64,000 bases of DNA from Adineta vaga (Eukaryota; Animalia; Rotifera): contig CP075492.1 in the NCBI GenBank assembly GCA_021613535.1, positions 2,976,001-3,040,000 on the forward strand. Reading direction: 5' to 3'. The notes below the pieces were generated by a model. That model was given only the letters and a program-made list of their open reading frames with translations. It had not been told where the DNA came from and ran no database searches. The translations under genes were made by a program, and so were the position numbers. Of this stretch, positions 38,386 through 52,699 are shown one piece after another (the stretch's first letter is position 1; the number at the start of each line of letters is the position of its first letter).

Positions 38386-40501
38386 ATGGCAAATATTGAA
38401 ATGCATGATGGAGATACATTACAAACTCAAATGTCTATTGATGGTGCTCAACAAATTACTCAATTATCATCACGTATTACAATAACATTTTATAATATTT
38501 CAAAAGTGATCAATGTTCCTGCTAAAATCATTGATCCATCATCAAAAGAAAGATTTATTCAACGAATTCTTCTTGATCATGTTTCTGGTCAAATTCATTG
38601 TGGAGAAGTTGTTGCACTTATGGGACCATCAGGTAAGAATAGAACAAGAGATTGTCTCTTTTCTAATATATATGTATATGTTTGTTGATATTAGGATGTG
38701 GAAAAACAACATTATTAAATACATTAGCTGGTCGAGCATTAAACGGTGTTACCGGTAATATATGGTTTAATAATCAAAAATATGATAAAATAATGAAAAG
38801 AAAATTAGCTTATGTTCTTCAAGAAGATTTATTTTTTGATAATTTAACTGTGAAACAACAATTAACATATACAGCATTACTTCGATTACCAAATACTTTA
38901 TCAAGAAAAGATAAAATTGCACAAGTTGAACAAATTATTGATCAATTACATATTCGAAAATGTGTCAATACACCCATTAAATTAATTTCTGGTGGAGAAA
39001 AAAAACGTGTTAATATCGGTACTGAATTATTAACAAATCCAAGTGTCATTTTTCTTGATGGTAGATTGATTCTTTTTTTTTCTTGATAAAATCAAAAATG
39101 AAATAAATTCTAATTTTTATCTTAGAACCAACATCTGGTTTAGATAGTACATCAGCAGTAGCTTTAATGGATATTCTTCATGATTTAGCTAAACAAGGTA
39201 AAACAATAATAACATCAATTCATCAACCATCATCACAAATATTTCTTTCATTTGATCAACTCATTTTATTAGCTGATGGAAAAACTATTTTTATGGTAAT
39301 TATTAGATAAGAGATATTCTATTGAAAAAGAAATGTCTCTCTCTCTCTCTCTCTATACATTTGTGTATAGGGTAAACCATCAAATGCTTTATCTTATTTT
39401 GCAACGATGGGATATGAATCACCGATACAATATAATCCAGCAGATTATGTAATGGATTTAGTGAATCAAGATATGAAGATTCGTGAAGAACTTAAACAAG
39501 CATATATTCAAAATCAAATCATTTCAAAAGATAATCAAGGTAATCAATATTTGATTAGTGAACCATCAGGAAATGAATCTGATCTGACTAATCCAGATAA
39601 TATTGATTTATTAGTCAATAAAAATGAAGGAAAATGGCCAATTGGATTTTTATCACAAGTGTTAATCTTATTTCATCGCAGTTTTCGAATGACTGCCAAT
39701 AAACAATTTACTCTCCTTAATATAGGTCAAGCATTAATTCTCGCTATCATGACTGGTCTTTGTTGGTTACAAATGGATTTTTCTGAAGACACAATACCTG
39801 ATCGATCATCATTTACGTTTTTTATTATGACGTTTTGGCCATTTCATACATTATTAGTTGGTTTATTATCCTTTCCATTTGAGCGTCTTGTTATTGCAAA
39901 AGAACGAGCAAGTGGTTCATTTCGTTTATCATCATATTTCATGGCAAAATCATTAGCTGAAACTCCACTGAAGTTAGTTTTACCAACATTATTTCTTTTG
40001 ATTGCTTATTGGATGGCAAGAATAAATAATAATTTTGGTGTATTTCTTGGTATTCTTGTTTTTCAATTATTAGCTGTCATTGTCGCTGAATCGCTGGGTC
40101 TATTCTTAGGTGCAGCATTTAAAAATTTACAATATGCCATTAAGACTGCTACTGTCATTCTGTTTGGTTTGACACTAGCTGGTGGATTTTTTATTCAAAA
40201 TTTACCACATTGGTTAGGTGTATGGGTTATATGGTTATCTTTTTTTGAATATGCATATAGAGCATGTCTCCGGTTACAATTCAAAGGTGGACAGTTATAT
40301 CAATGTGTGGATGGATCAATCATAGCTTCGTGTGAAAATAATATTACTGCCACATTTGATGGTGATCAAGTGCTTCAATATTTTAATGGTGGGATTGATA
40401 TTGGTTATAATTTTTTAGTTCTTTTTGGTATGTTTATATTTTTTCGAATTGCTGCATATCTTGCATTACGATTTATTAAAAAAACTGATGGTCGAACATA
40501 A
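38386..40501 (+). CDS. ABCG half-transporter, copy A
   Basis: Exons ~38386-38632, 38695-39060, 39127-39296, 39371-40501. Walker A GPSGCGKTT, signature ISGGEKKR, Walker B FLDEPTSGLD, IHQP, NPADY, C-terminal TMD. Confidence 0.93.
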
Positions 40502-41639
40502 TTATTTTATTTTTTGTTGTTTTTTTATATTATAGTTTTGATGTAGTTCAAAGAAAGAATAAGGAAAATGATCGAAAGAATTGATATTAGCATTTAAATA
40601 TCTTCATTTGATAACTATAAATAGATGGGAATAAAAAAGATCTAAAGTATTGATATGGTACAATACAATTACCGACATGATAATACATCGTTATGTTAGC
40701 TCGAAACAATAATATTAGATATTGTTCTATAAAAATCAATCAGTGTATATTATCATCGTAATATTGCAACATGGTTGGGTAGCTGTAGTTATGTCTAATC
40801 ACTTGATTCTGCTCGTGCTTAAAAAAATAAATAAAATACGAGAAAAACATTTCAGTTATAATTCATCAAATACTAATTTATGAGCATATTGTTCAATAAC
40901 CAAATATTTTATTACCGAAGCGAGTATAAGAATCGAATGCATCGAAAAGATTAAGAAGAGAAAATGAAGATTTACAAAAGAAAACAAAAGCGAATTCTTT
41001 CTCTATAAAATATAGATGATTGATAGTAACAAAGGATATTAAGAGACATATGCGTGTACATTAACAAACACTAGTTGATTGCGAAGAATTGTATGTAAAG
41101 ATTTGTCTCGTATCTCTCTGAAAAAAATAATTTTAGATTTTGAAATTTCTTTCGAACTTGAGCAGGTGGGTGAATGTTATGCATGATATAAATACCTACA
41201 CTAAGATCCTCATATTCTCAATGTAGTACTTATTAGTGAAATATATTCTAATTAATCGATAACTTCTAAGTAAAGTCTTCATAGCTATTATTGTATATTT
41301 GATTTTTAATTACAGAACATGATTTGGCGTATTATAATTGTTTTTATAAAATTACAATATAATCATTCCAGCATGATAGTATATGGAAAATGTATAGTTA
41401 GCAGCGTAATCAGGATCTCGGCATAGAGGGGCTGAGCTCCATTTGAATTGTTTGGAGTGTATCAACATTAGTAAAATAGATTTGCCAAAGTTTTAAAACT
41501 CGATGGAATTATTTTGTTTCGAACATATTATTTAGTTAGTTCCCGTTTATAGATGAAATAAAACAAAAGACAACGTACGAGTAGTTCTGTTTCTAAATGT
41601 ATTTCATAACAGGTTAATCATAATAACATAATCCTACTA

Positions 41640-42300
41640 TTTTTGTAATGCTCAGCGAATATATCAACAAATTTTTCAAAATGTCGTTCTATAACCAGAA
41701 ACACACTTAGATCATTAAGTCTTTCATTCCTCATAGACTTTCGTGCATAGTTTTTAATTACTTGCATTTATGAAAAGGCTCTTTCAAATGCAATTGGTGG
41801 TACTGGAAATGTTAATTTACATTACCTTTGATCAAAGCAACATTCAAAGAAAATGCTCGTTGCATTGACTTTATCTTGCCGAGTACATCGAGCACAGTTG
41901 ATAATTTACTATCTTTCCTTATATGTTTCATAACAAAAACTTTAATTTGTACCATATTCTTTTCTAATCATAAATGATTAATCGATGGCGCTAATGTTCC
42001 AATATCCAAAACGTTTTTGTTAGCAGATTATAAAGATGAAAAAACATGACTATAATCGCAACTTTTCTTCATTAGTATGATAATCTCTATGGCCAACTCG
42101 TGTCATAATTATATAATCTTTGCAATGTGATGGAATTACTTTTGGAAGTCTTGTTTTAATAAATTGATTCATATCAACGTCATTTTGATTTCCAAATATA
42201 ATTGTTTATTGGTGTAATACTTTGAAAGAGTTTTTGTTTCTCAAATGATTTAATTGTTCACCAATTGTTGTAATAAGATGTTGAACGTTGCCAAGATCTG
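41640..42300 (-). pseudogene. hAT transposase relic
   Basis: 41710-41816 translates LTFPVPPIAFERAFS*MQVIKNYARKSMRNERLND, the hAT C-terminal dimerisation motif. Outer limits approximate. Confidence 0.65.
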
Positions 42301-42900
42301 TACATACACTTTTCAAAATTAAATATTAAAAACAAAATATTATTGCTTTTTTTCAAGAAGCTTGATATAATTTACCTTCGAATTGATACGAGAGGTCTAC
42401 CGCCATCGATTATATCTTCTAATGTTTGAAGAATTGCTGCACAATTAGATTCCATCGAATCAATAGATTTAAATCTTGAATCTCAATATTGTTGTAGTGT
42501 CTAATTGAGGAAAAAAGAATAAAAAAATAAAGTATGAAATTTTATATTTTCACTTTCTTCATCTAGCTCCAGTAATTTCTGTGTATCACAAAAGTAACGA
42601 TTAGTTACACCTGATGCTCAAAACATATTGATGAATTTTAGAAAGAATGGAAAAAAATTCATCACTATAGCGTACAATTCATTTATATTTATGGAGAACG
42701 GTATAAACGCACAATATAAGTGTAAATAAAATGCCAAATATCTTTACAAACATCTATCATACAATACTTCAATTATAAACGTAGGACATATCATATTGAA
42801 ATTTTGTTTGCTCCTTATTTATTTGAAGTCAAATGTTTCATGTTAAAGTTTATCACATAAAAACTACAACATACTAAAAACAAAACACAATATAAAATAA

Positions 42901-45018
42901 TTATGTTCGACCATCTGTATTTTTGATGAATCGTAATGCAAGATATGCAGCAATTCGAAAAAATATAAACATACCAAAAAGAACTAAAAAATTATAACCA
43001 ATATCAATGCCTGTATCAAAATAGCGAAGAGCATCAGCTCCAGTAAATGTGCCATTAGCGTTCTTTCGACATATATCCATATGTGATCCATTTACACAAC
43101 GATAAATTTGTCCTCCTTTGAATTGTAATCGAAGATTTGCACTGTAAGCATATCTGAACAATGATAACCATTTAGCCCATACACCTAACCAATATGGTAA
43201 ACGTTTAATAAAAAAACCACCAAGTAACATTGAACCAATAAAGATAACTGTAGAAGCTGCTATAGCATGTTCTAAATTTTTGAATCCTGCACCCAACAGG
43301 AGTCCTAATGAATCAGCGACAATAACAACGAGTAATTGAAAAACAAGAATACCAAGAAATACACCAAAATTATTATTTATTCTTGCCATCCAATAAGCAA
43401 TCAAAAGAAATAATGTTGGTAAAACTAACTTCAGTGGAGTTTCAGCTAATGATTTTGCCATGAAATATGATGATAAACGAAATGAACCACTTGCTCGTTC
43501 TTTTGCAATAACAAGACGCTCAAATGGAAAAGATAATAAACTGCCCATTATTGTATCCAGGACCCAAAGGGTCATAATAAAATACAAAAATGCTGATCGA
43601 TCAGGTATTGTATAATCAACGAAGTCCATTCGTAACCAACAAAGACCAGCGATAATGGCAAGAGCTAATGCTTGTGCAAAGTTAGGAAAAGTAAATTGAC
43701 TTTTGCCCGTTAATAGAAAACTGCGATGAAATAAGATTAACACTTGTGATAAAAATCCAATTGGCCATTTTCCTTCATTTTTATTGACTAATAAATCAAT
43801 ATTATCTGGATTAGTCAGATCAGATTCATTTCCTGATGGTTCACTAATCAAATATTGATTACCTTGATTATCTTTTGAAATGATTTGATTTTGAATATAT
43901 GCTTGTTTAAGTTCTTCACGAATCTTCATATCTTGATTCACTAAATCCATTACATAATCTGCTGGATTATATTGTATCGGTGATTCATATCCCATCGTTG
44001 CAAAATAAGATAAAGCATTTGATGGTTTACCCTATACACAAATGTATAGAGAGAGAGAGAGAGAGAGACATTTCTTTTTCAATAGAATATCTCTTATCTA
44101 ATAATTACCATAAAAATAGTTTTTCCATCAGCTAATAAAATGAGTTGATCAAATGAAAGAAATATTTGTGATGATGGTTGATGAATTGATGTTATTATTG
44201 TTTTACCTTGTTTAGCTAAATCATGAAGAATATCCATTAAAGCTACAGCTGATGTACTATCTAAACCAGATGTTGGTTCTAAGATAAAAATTAGAATTTA
44301 TTTCTTTTTTGATTTTATCAAGAAAAAAAAAGAATCAATCTACCATCAAGAAAAATGACACTTGGATTTGTTAATAATTCAGTACCGATATTAACACGTT
44401 TTTTTTCTCCACCAGAAATTAATTTAATGGGTGTATTGACACATTTTCGAATATGTAATTGATCAATAATTTGTTCAACTTGTGCAATTTTATCTTTTCT
44501 TGATAAAGTATTTGGTAATCGAAGTAATGCTGTATATGTTAATTGTTGTTTCACAGTTAAATTATCAAAAAATAAATCTTCTTGAAGAACATAAGCTAAT
44601 TTTCTTTTCATTATTTTATCATATTTTTGATTATTAAACCATATATTACCAGTAACACCGTTTAATGCTCGACCAGCTAATGTATTTAATAATGTTGTTT
44701 TTCCACATCCTAATATCAACAAACATATACATATATATTAGAAAAGAGACAATCTCTTGTTCTATTCTTACCTGATGGTCCCATAAGTGCAACAACTTCT
44801 CCACAATGAATTTGACCAGAAACATGATCAAGAAGAATTCGTTGAATAAATCTTTCTTTTGATGATGGATCAATGATTTTAGCAGGAACATTGATCACTT
44901 TTGAAATATTATAAAATGTTATTGTAATACGTGATGATAATTGAGTAATTTGTTGAGCACCATCAATAGACATTTGAGTTTGTAATGTATCTCCATCATG
45001 CATTTCAATATTTGCCAT
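42901..45018 (-). CDS. ABCG half-transporter, copy B
   Basis: Same four-exon structure and same NBD protein sequence as copy A; TMD partly diverged. Confidence 0.93.
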
Positions 45019-46978
45019 CTCAGTTATTTATTTGGTTTGATGTATACATAGAAAAATCAACTATAGATATATAAATATATGAAGTTTGTACTTGATTTTT
45101 TGCTTATGTCATGATCATGATGATGCATATAATTTGTATGAAATAAACTTGTACCTAATATTTTGCTTATATCACGATGATGATGATGAATACAATAAAG
45201 TATCCAATTTTTACCTTGATTTTTGCTTGTGTCATCAGAATGATGGGAAATATTACAGGGAACCCGTTTATATAGTTTTCATCTTTCTCTGCCAGGCTCT
45301 ATGACTAGGGAGAGAAAGCTGGGGGATACTCCCTCAGATTTATCTTTTATTATCGCTTTCTGACAGAAAATCTCTTGGTTCATATGGATGTTCTTGTGCA
45401 TCAGACAAATTTAACGGAAAGTGCATAATAAATCTAATTACTCTGGCTCGAAACACAATCTACCTAAATGCTTTATCGAAAAAAATGCCAAAATCGAAAA
45501 GAAAAGATCAGTTTGAATCGAAGATAGGTCGATTTGAGTTTTTGTTAAACTTTGGCAATATGATAGACAAAGAGAAATATGTTAGGACCAAAAGCGAAAT
45601 ATTTAAAGTTTTCAATTAAAACTAATTTTGCTACAGAAAATCTTGATGTGAAGAATCGTTTCTCCATAGCTTTGGGTGATTTTCTCTGTGGCTTTCTCCT
45701 CCCGCTCAGTTAAACCAAAGAAAACCATGGTCTCTGTGTATCATTAATGTTACTTTCAAGTATTCATTGAATCATGACGGAAGGGGAAATAGAATAATGA
45801 AAGTAAAAGATAAAACATAGGATTGCTGAAGTTTCACACATGCAACGAAATAGAGATTGGGAAAAGACTGAAACCAAACATTATTTATATTTTTCTTCAA
45901 TCGAACTGTCGATGTACATTGAGAAATTAGTTGTTTATTTACTTCATCACTGGTAGAAATAGTTTTACCGTCAGCTTATTCGGGAGCTATGTATTTGTCA
46001 GTATAGTTGTGAAGTAAGAAACAATCTCGGATAGTTGCTGTGATGAAACAGGGTTTATTTTTAAAAAATATACTTACATTGTAGCCAATATGATTGCTTT
46101 GTGTTCAGACGATTCGTCTCTTCATACACTGATCCGTTCATTTTACATTAAAGTAACGAAGGAAAGTGGTCGATATCTTATTAAGTACTCGTTTACAACG
46201 TCAAAAGTAATATAGTTTTTAGAAAAATGACCACAATGGATATTATTAGCAGGAGAATATAAAGTTTTAAAAACGGCTCACATAGATATAGTTCTTGCAC
46301 TAATATACCTCTACGTCTTTATACCGTGATATGTCGATATAAACAGACGGACACTGACTGATTCTGCTACAGTAGTATAATGACTAAACTATATGATAAG
46401 AAAGCATTGTTTTACCTGATATGGATGATAGGTATCGAGAATTTCATTGAATCGTTGACAAACATTTTGTATCGAACAAAAAAAAGTTCACAGTTTGATA
46501 GATGGTCGAGAATTCGATATGCGAGTTCGACGGGTAATGCAACAGATGTTAACATAGTTTTTATATTTGACATGTGATGCGTTACTGTCTATTTGTCTTT
46601 GATCGAATGTGTGACTACTTGTTTTCAATCATTCATTTCTTACGATTGTGAGGTTACTGTACACTGAAGAATAGTTGTATGTACAACTTTCAATTTCGAC
46701 ACTACTGATTTATTCGAAATAACAAATGAGCTTTCATCTTGATAATTTGAACATTCATCCCAAAGTGTTCCATCATGTGATTTTAATCATTGTGAGAAAA
46801 TGTCTGAAATAAATGGAAAGGATAATACGGTGTGTAGCTTAACCTTTTGCTTCTATATACCACTCTCCCACACCCACACTTTGTACGATAATGTTTCATT
46901 TGATAATAAACAAAACAAAGATAAAAATATGTTTATTCAAATCGATGAAAAAAATTTATAAAGAGTAAAAAACGAATG

Positions 46979-48083
46979 TTAATTTGGTTTATTTAAAATA
47001 CTTTTATTCAGATGAATAACTTGAGAATCTAATAATTCAATAAACGTTTTCATAATTTGTTCATTAGCTAAATCCATTCGATGACCACATTTTTTAGATT
47101 TAATATCATTTGGCTGAACACCCGATGCGCAACAACTTCCCCAACAATCCGAAAGTTTTGTAATAACACTATGATGTGGTGTTAAACGATAATTTAAATC
47201 AATAATATTAACTATTGTTGGAACTGCAACTTCATGAAATGAATCAAAAGAATGAAATATATTTGCTAAATCAATAAATACTTTAAAAAATCTTCGTGGA
47301 ATATAATAAATATCCGACCATCTAAAAGAATTTCAACTAAAATATGATTTTCTCTTTTTCTTAAAAATTCATTTGACTTTACCCTCCACAAAAAACATTT
47401 GGATCAGTTTTATAACGTCCTGAATAATTTTTTGCAACCATAACTGTTGCCGCTTTTGCAATATTATGAAATCCATTTGACCATGCCCACCAATTCCATC
47501 CATCTGTAGTTGTAACACATTTAAATGGCGGTAAAGGTCCATCAAGAAACCAAATATTTTCAAAATTCATATCTTGAAATTTAAATGGATTTATCCAAGC
47601 CTTTTTTTTATGTGAAAATAAAATCGATTTATTCAAACAATATAGAAAAATACTTACATCAAAATGAAAAAAGAGAAGACCATTAATTTGTGAATATGTT
47701 TCTAAAATAATTGTCATTATTTCACTAACCATTTTATATGGACATGAAATTGAGACTAAACCATCAAATGTATAATTTAATTTTGAAGTATAATTTGGTA
47801 TTGAATAATGTAATTGATAGAAAAATGGTCGATATTTTTCCATAAGTGATATTCGATTGATATAAGGCGAATTCCATCGAATAAATCCAAGTGTACGAGA
47901 AAAAGGAGATTCGATTTGATTTTTTTCTTCGACTTGTTTCTCGATATATTTTACTAATAATTGAACTCTCTGGGGATTATTTAGAAAAGAAATTCCATAG
48001 AATATGATCAAAATTAAAAAAGATAAAAGAAAAATTTTATAAATCAACGAAAATGAATAAGTTTTTTCATTTGACTTCATCAT
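46979..48083 (-). CDS. Type II membrane protein, putative glycosyltransferase-like (reminiscent of STELLO-type C-terminal region)
   Basis: N-terminal TM; introns ~47601-47656 and ~47322-47382; GLLFFHFDAWINP, WSDIYYIPRR, HEVAVPTI, CGHR motifs. Family assignment tentative. Confidence 0.55.
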
Positions 48084-48422
48084 TTGTTCATAGATCGACT
48101 CTCAACTAGTTCTTAGTGATGAAATTTTTCTGAAATACTACCGAGCTCTCTATAACCCTTTCTTTCTCTTTTCTTTTTTCTTATTGAAAAAAAAGAAAAG
48201 GAAAACTCATTTTAAATTATGTATACTACTTAAAACATTTTTACTTTTTTCTTCTTAAAAGAAATGTTAATTAAATTGAAGAGAAGAAGGGAAAAAAAAC
48301 GTCTTTTTATTTTTAAACATTTCTTTTCTTTCAATAGACATTCCCCCATTTGGAAAGTCATTTTTCTTTTTTTCAAGCAAACAATTAACCTTACCTTCAT
48401 CTTTTTAACAAATCAATGAAAA

Positions 48423-49511
48423 ATGTTTGGAAAAAAGTTCTTAGCATTTATAAGTTTATTACTAATCCAAATTATCGTTTCCATTGTTTATAAATACTCT
48501 CAAATCAAAGGAAAATATGAATATTCTCCTTTAGCTATCATTTCATGTTCAGAAGTAATTAAATTTATTCTTAGTTTTATTTTACTAATTTATTCGTTTA
48601 CAAAAATTGAAAAAAATGAAAACTTTTCTGAATATATTCAAAATCAACTTTCATATTTATTTATTTTGAATATATTTATCTTATCATTATTATATTTTAT
48701 CAATAATCAATTATCATTTATATTATTTCTATCGGTTGATCCTGCTTCGATTTCATTATTTAAATCTTTATCATCATTAGAATGTGCAATTTTATTATGG
48801 ACATTTTTTAATCGAAATATTAGTCAAATTCAATGGTCTTCAATATGTTTACAAGTAATTGGTTTAATTGTTGTTCAATATGATACATGTCGACATTCTG
48901 CTTTATTTCAATTGAAATTTTATTTCATTTTAATTGCAAGTAGTTTTTTAACAGCTTTATCTTCAGTTTTAAATGAATATTTTATCAAAACATATTCCGT
49001 TGATATTAATCTTCAAAATTGTATTTTATATCTTTTTGGATTTCTATTAAATATTCTTTCATTTAATTTTATACCAAATCTTGATGGACATGGAACAAAA
49101 GACTTTTTTCAAGGTTATACAGGAATGGTTATTGGTATTATTTTATGTAATTCACTTTTAGGTATAACAATAACATTTGTTTATAAATATGCCGATGCAA
49201 TTATAAAAACATTTAGTACGGCATGTGCAACAGGCGTTCTTTTGATATTTAATTTAACTTTATTTCATTCATATACAACATTAACATCATTTTTAGGAGC
49301 AACAGTCATTTTTATTTCGTCATATATTTATTTTTTATCAACAATTCAATTACCGGAAGTAAAAGAAGAAGAGAATCCATCGAAAACTTTATCACCGAAA
49401 TCAAAATCAATAATAAAATGGATAATTTATTTAATTGTTTTATTTATTCTCATTTTTTCTTCTATTTATTTTCTAAATCAACGTAATCGATATCATTTGA
49501 AATTTTTGTAG
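48423..49511 (+). CDS. Nucleotide-sugar transporter (SLC35A-like)
   Basis: Intronless 362 aa, ~10-11 TM; SEVIKF, LYFINNQL, QW, NEYFIK, QN-x-x-LY, FFQGY, KYADAIIK motifs. Confidence 0.88.
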   Translation: MFGKKFLAFISLLLIQIIVSIVYKYSQIKGKYEYSPLAIISCSEVIKFILSFILLIYSFTKIEKNENFSEYIQNQLSYLFILNIFILSLLYFINNQLSFILFLSVDPASISLFKSLSSLECAILLWTFFNRNISQIQWSSICLQVIGLIVVQYDTCRHSALFQLKFYFILIASSFLTALSSVLNEYFIKTYSVDINLQNCILYLFGFLLNILSFNFIPNLDGHGTKDFFQGYTGMVIGIILCNSLLGITITFVYKYADAIIKTFSTACATGVLLIFNLTLFHSYTTLTSFLGATVIFISSYIYFLSTIQLPEVKEEENPSKTLSPKSKSIIKWIIYLIVLFILIFSSIYFLNQRNRYHLKFL

Positions 49512-49611
49512 GTTTTTCTCTCTAAATGTTGTTTTTAAAGCTTTGTTATGTAATGTTAATAAAGATCTTAGATGAAAAGATAAGAAATAGAAGAACACGT
49601 GTTATTTTCAA

Positions 49612-51989
49612 ATGAAATTTGGTGAATATTTACGAAAAAATTTAACATCAGAATGGTCATCTCAATATATTGAGTATGAAAATCTCAAAGAATTCCTTTA
49701 TGAAATCGGAAATAAAGCTCCAAAAAATGAAATTCTATTAAGACAACAATATTTTATTGAAAATGATCAAGAATTTTTCCAAGTAAATAACAAATTCGAA
49801 TATTTTTATAAGTAAATTTCATTATTTTGTTTTAGTATTGTGATCAACAATTATCGAAAATCAATACATTCTTTGCAGAAAAAATAGCTCAGTAAGGGAC
49901 CATTTCAAAATAGGAAATTGATTTCTCATTAAGAAAATCGAATCTTTTTCTTTCAGAGCTTTATTAAAATTTGATGTGTTGAAAAATGAATTGGAATATA
50001 TTGAAGTAAATGATCAAGAACATCATTTAACCTATACAAATAAATTATTCCTACGAAATTTGTCATCAAATGATGAATTCATTGAGGAAAATGCGAGAAA
50101 ATCAAAGAAATTTCATTCAAATCGAAAATGGACAAAACATCGATCAATGAAATTAAATGATTTAAAATTAGCTTTAAGTGAATTTTATTTAATGTTAATA
50201 CTTCTCAAAAATTATCAAACACTTAATTATAATGGATTTTGTAAGATTTTAAAAAAACATGATAAATTATTTCAATTAACAACTGGTTATCAATGGAAGT
50301 AAAAGAAAAGTATTGTTTTTGTTCTTTTTTTTATACTTTAAATTAATTTTTAGATTATCATTTATTGATTGTACACCATTTTATCAATCATCTCGTGTTG
50401 ATCAATTAATAGTTGAAGTTGAAAATTTATATATCAATAAAATTGAACATGGAGATCGAAGTCGTGCAATGCAACGTCTTCGTGTTCCACCATTAGAAGA
50501 AAAACAATCAGCAAAAGTAACATTTCGTTTAGGAATTTATATTGGAATGATTTTGATTTTAATTCCATTATTAATCATTATTTTATTTTCATTTTATATT
50601 TTTAATTCATCAAAAATAATTAATTGGCGTGCAGGACTTCATTTATATCGTTCATCATTTTTAATAATAATGCATATCATTTTTTTTGGAATTAACGTTT
50701 ATGGTTGGTCAACAAATGGTGTAAATCATATTTTAATCTTTGAAATTGATCCAAGAAATCATTTAACATATCAAATATTTCTTGAAATTGGAACATTTCT
50801 AATGGTTTTATGGTTAATTAGTTTGAATATATTTTTCGTTTTCTTTTATTTTGATTATTATCCATTTATTCAACCATTAATCTTTACAATATTTTTAATT
50901 TTCTTCTTCATTAATCCATTACCAATATTTTATAAAAAATCTCGAATATGGCTTTTAAAAAAATTCTTTCGAGTATTTCTCTCACCATTTTATCATGTTA
51001 ATTTTGCTGATTTTTGGCTTGCTGATCAATTATGTTCATTAGAATTAGTCTTTTTTGATTTAGAATTCTTTATTTGTTTTTATATTAATGGAAATAATAT
51101 CAGTTCAACAAGTTCTTCGCATACATTTTTTTGTAGTGGTTGGTCACAAATTGTACTTCAATCATTTTTTCTACTTCTTCCTTCATGGTTTCGTTTTTGG
51201 CAATGTATTCGTCGTTATCGTGATACGAAACAAAAATTTCCTCATTTAGTTAATGCTGGCAAATATGCAAGTACTCTTTTTGTTGCCGTTACAAATGCAT
51301 TGAGACGAGCAAAAAATTTTGATTATCATCAACATAAATTAGAAAATCCATTTCTTTACTTATGGATATTAACATCTTTGATAAGTTCGACATATAAAGT
51401 GATTTGGGATATTAAAATGGATTGGGGATTTTTTGATGTAAATGCTGGTGAAAATCGTTATTTACGTGAACAAATTGTATATCCGAAAAAGATTTATTAT
51501 TATATTTCAATTATAATTAATGTTCTCTTACGATATATTTGGATAATAAATGTTTTTGTTTATTTTAATTCTTTATTTGGTGAATATTCTGATATTATTG
51601 GTTTTTCATTTGCTTTTATTGAAATATTTCGGCGATTTCTTTGGAATTATTTTCGCCTAGAAAATGAACATTTAACAAATTGTGGAGAATATCGTGCTGT
51701 TCGTGATATATCCATTCGACCAACATCAAGTATTACTAATAATTTGCGAAGAACAGAACAAACCAATATTCAAGTCAATTCTCAAATTAATGAAAATGAT
51801 GCGACAATAACATTGAATAATGAAATTCCCATGATGATAATCAATGATCCTCGTCGACGATCTCATTCTTCATTAATCAGAAGAAAAACAAATGCAGAAG
51901 ATTTTATCGATGAAATCAATCCAATTTTGACAATTAATAACAATACAAATATGTCTTTTGATGATGATCAAACGAATTCCATTTGTTGA
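49612..51989 (+). CDS. XPR1: SPX-EXS phosphate exporter (XPR1/SYG1-like)
   Basis: MKFG start, YI-x-Y-x-x-LK, LNY[12 protein letters not shown]; EXS motifs [36 protein letters not shown]. Three short introns (~49783, ~49892, ~50299). Confidence 0.92.
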
Positions 51990-52699
51990 GATATTATCAT
52001 ATGAATTTAGTTTTTTCTTTTATGTGATTTTTTCAAATATTCCTGCTGTCGTTACAATATTTCTCTCTTGAATAAACTGTCTTCTAAGATAAAATCAATT
52101 TTTTCATAGAATTCCGATGAAGGGTTTCTTTCCAGTTTAGTTACAAACGACGTAATAGCATTATACAAACAAAGTAAAATATTAACAGGTAATTGTTATT
52201 GTGACAGGCGCTGTTTGGATCTTTTGAAACTTTTAAATAAAAAGCTTTTATACCGTTTGATCGTTGGAAAATTATCTACATATATTTCCTTCGTTCAGTC
52301 TCATGATATTATATTCATTCTACAATATGAACAATAGTTATTGTTATACATGCGTAGGAGAATGAATATTCTTAATACAATCATATAAATATATTTCTGT
52401 TGGAGACAAAAGAGAATTGAAATCGTGAGTTACAAAATAAATAGTATAAAATAACTGTTTTCTCTAATTTACTTATGATCCTGTGTCTATGTAAATACTA
52501 AAGCATTTGTCACAATGAAAACTATGTTGATGTTCTTTCTTTATATAGTTATACTAAAATAATATTTTAAGAGCAAAATATTTCTTTCGTTTATGATTGT
52601 TTGATCGATTAATCAACAAAAAATACATTAACAATCGACTTCATAAGATTTGGTAATGTTTTCAATAAAATTTTCGCTAATTTCAATAGTTGGCTAAGA

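Larger units (their letters stand above)
38146..45259. repeat. Large inverted duplication (arms ~38146-40510 and ~42890-45259, ~2.4-kb spacer)
   Basis: Upstream region, exons 1-3, introns and the (CT)n microsatellite are reverse complements with only scattered differences. Confidence 0.95.

Noticed and set aside
45900-46850. Possible decayed transposase or other gene
   Set aside because: No continuous frame or diagnostic motif found by eye.
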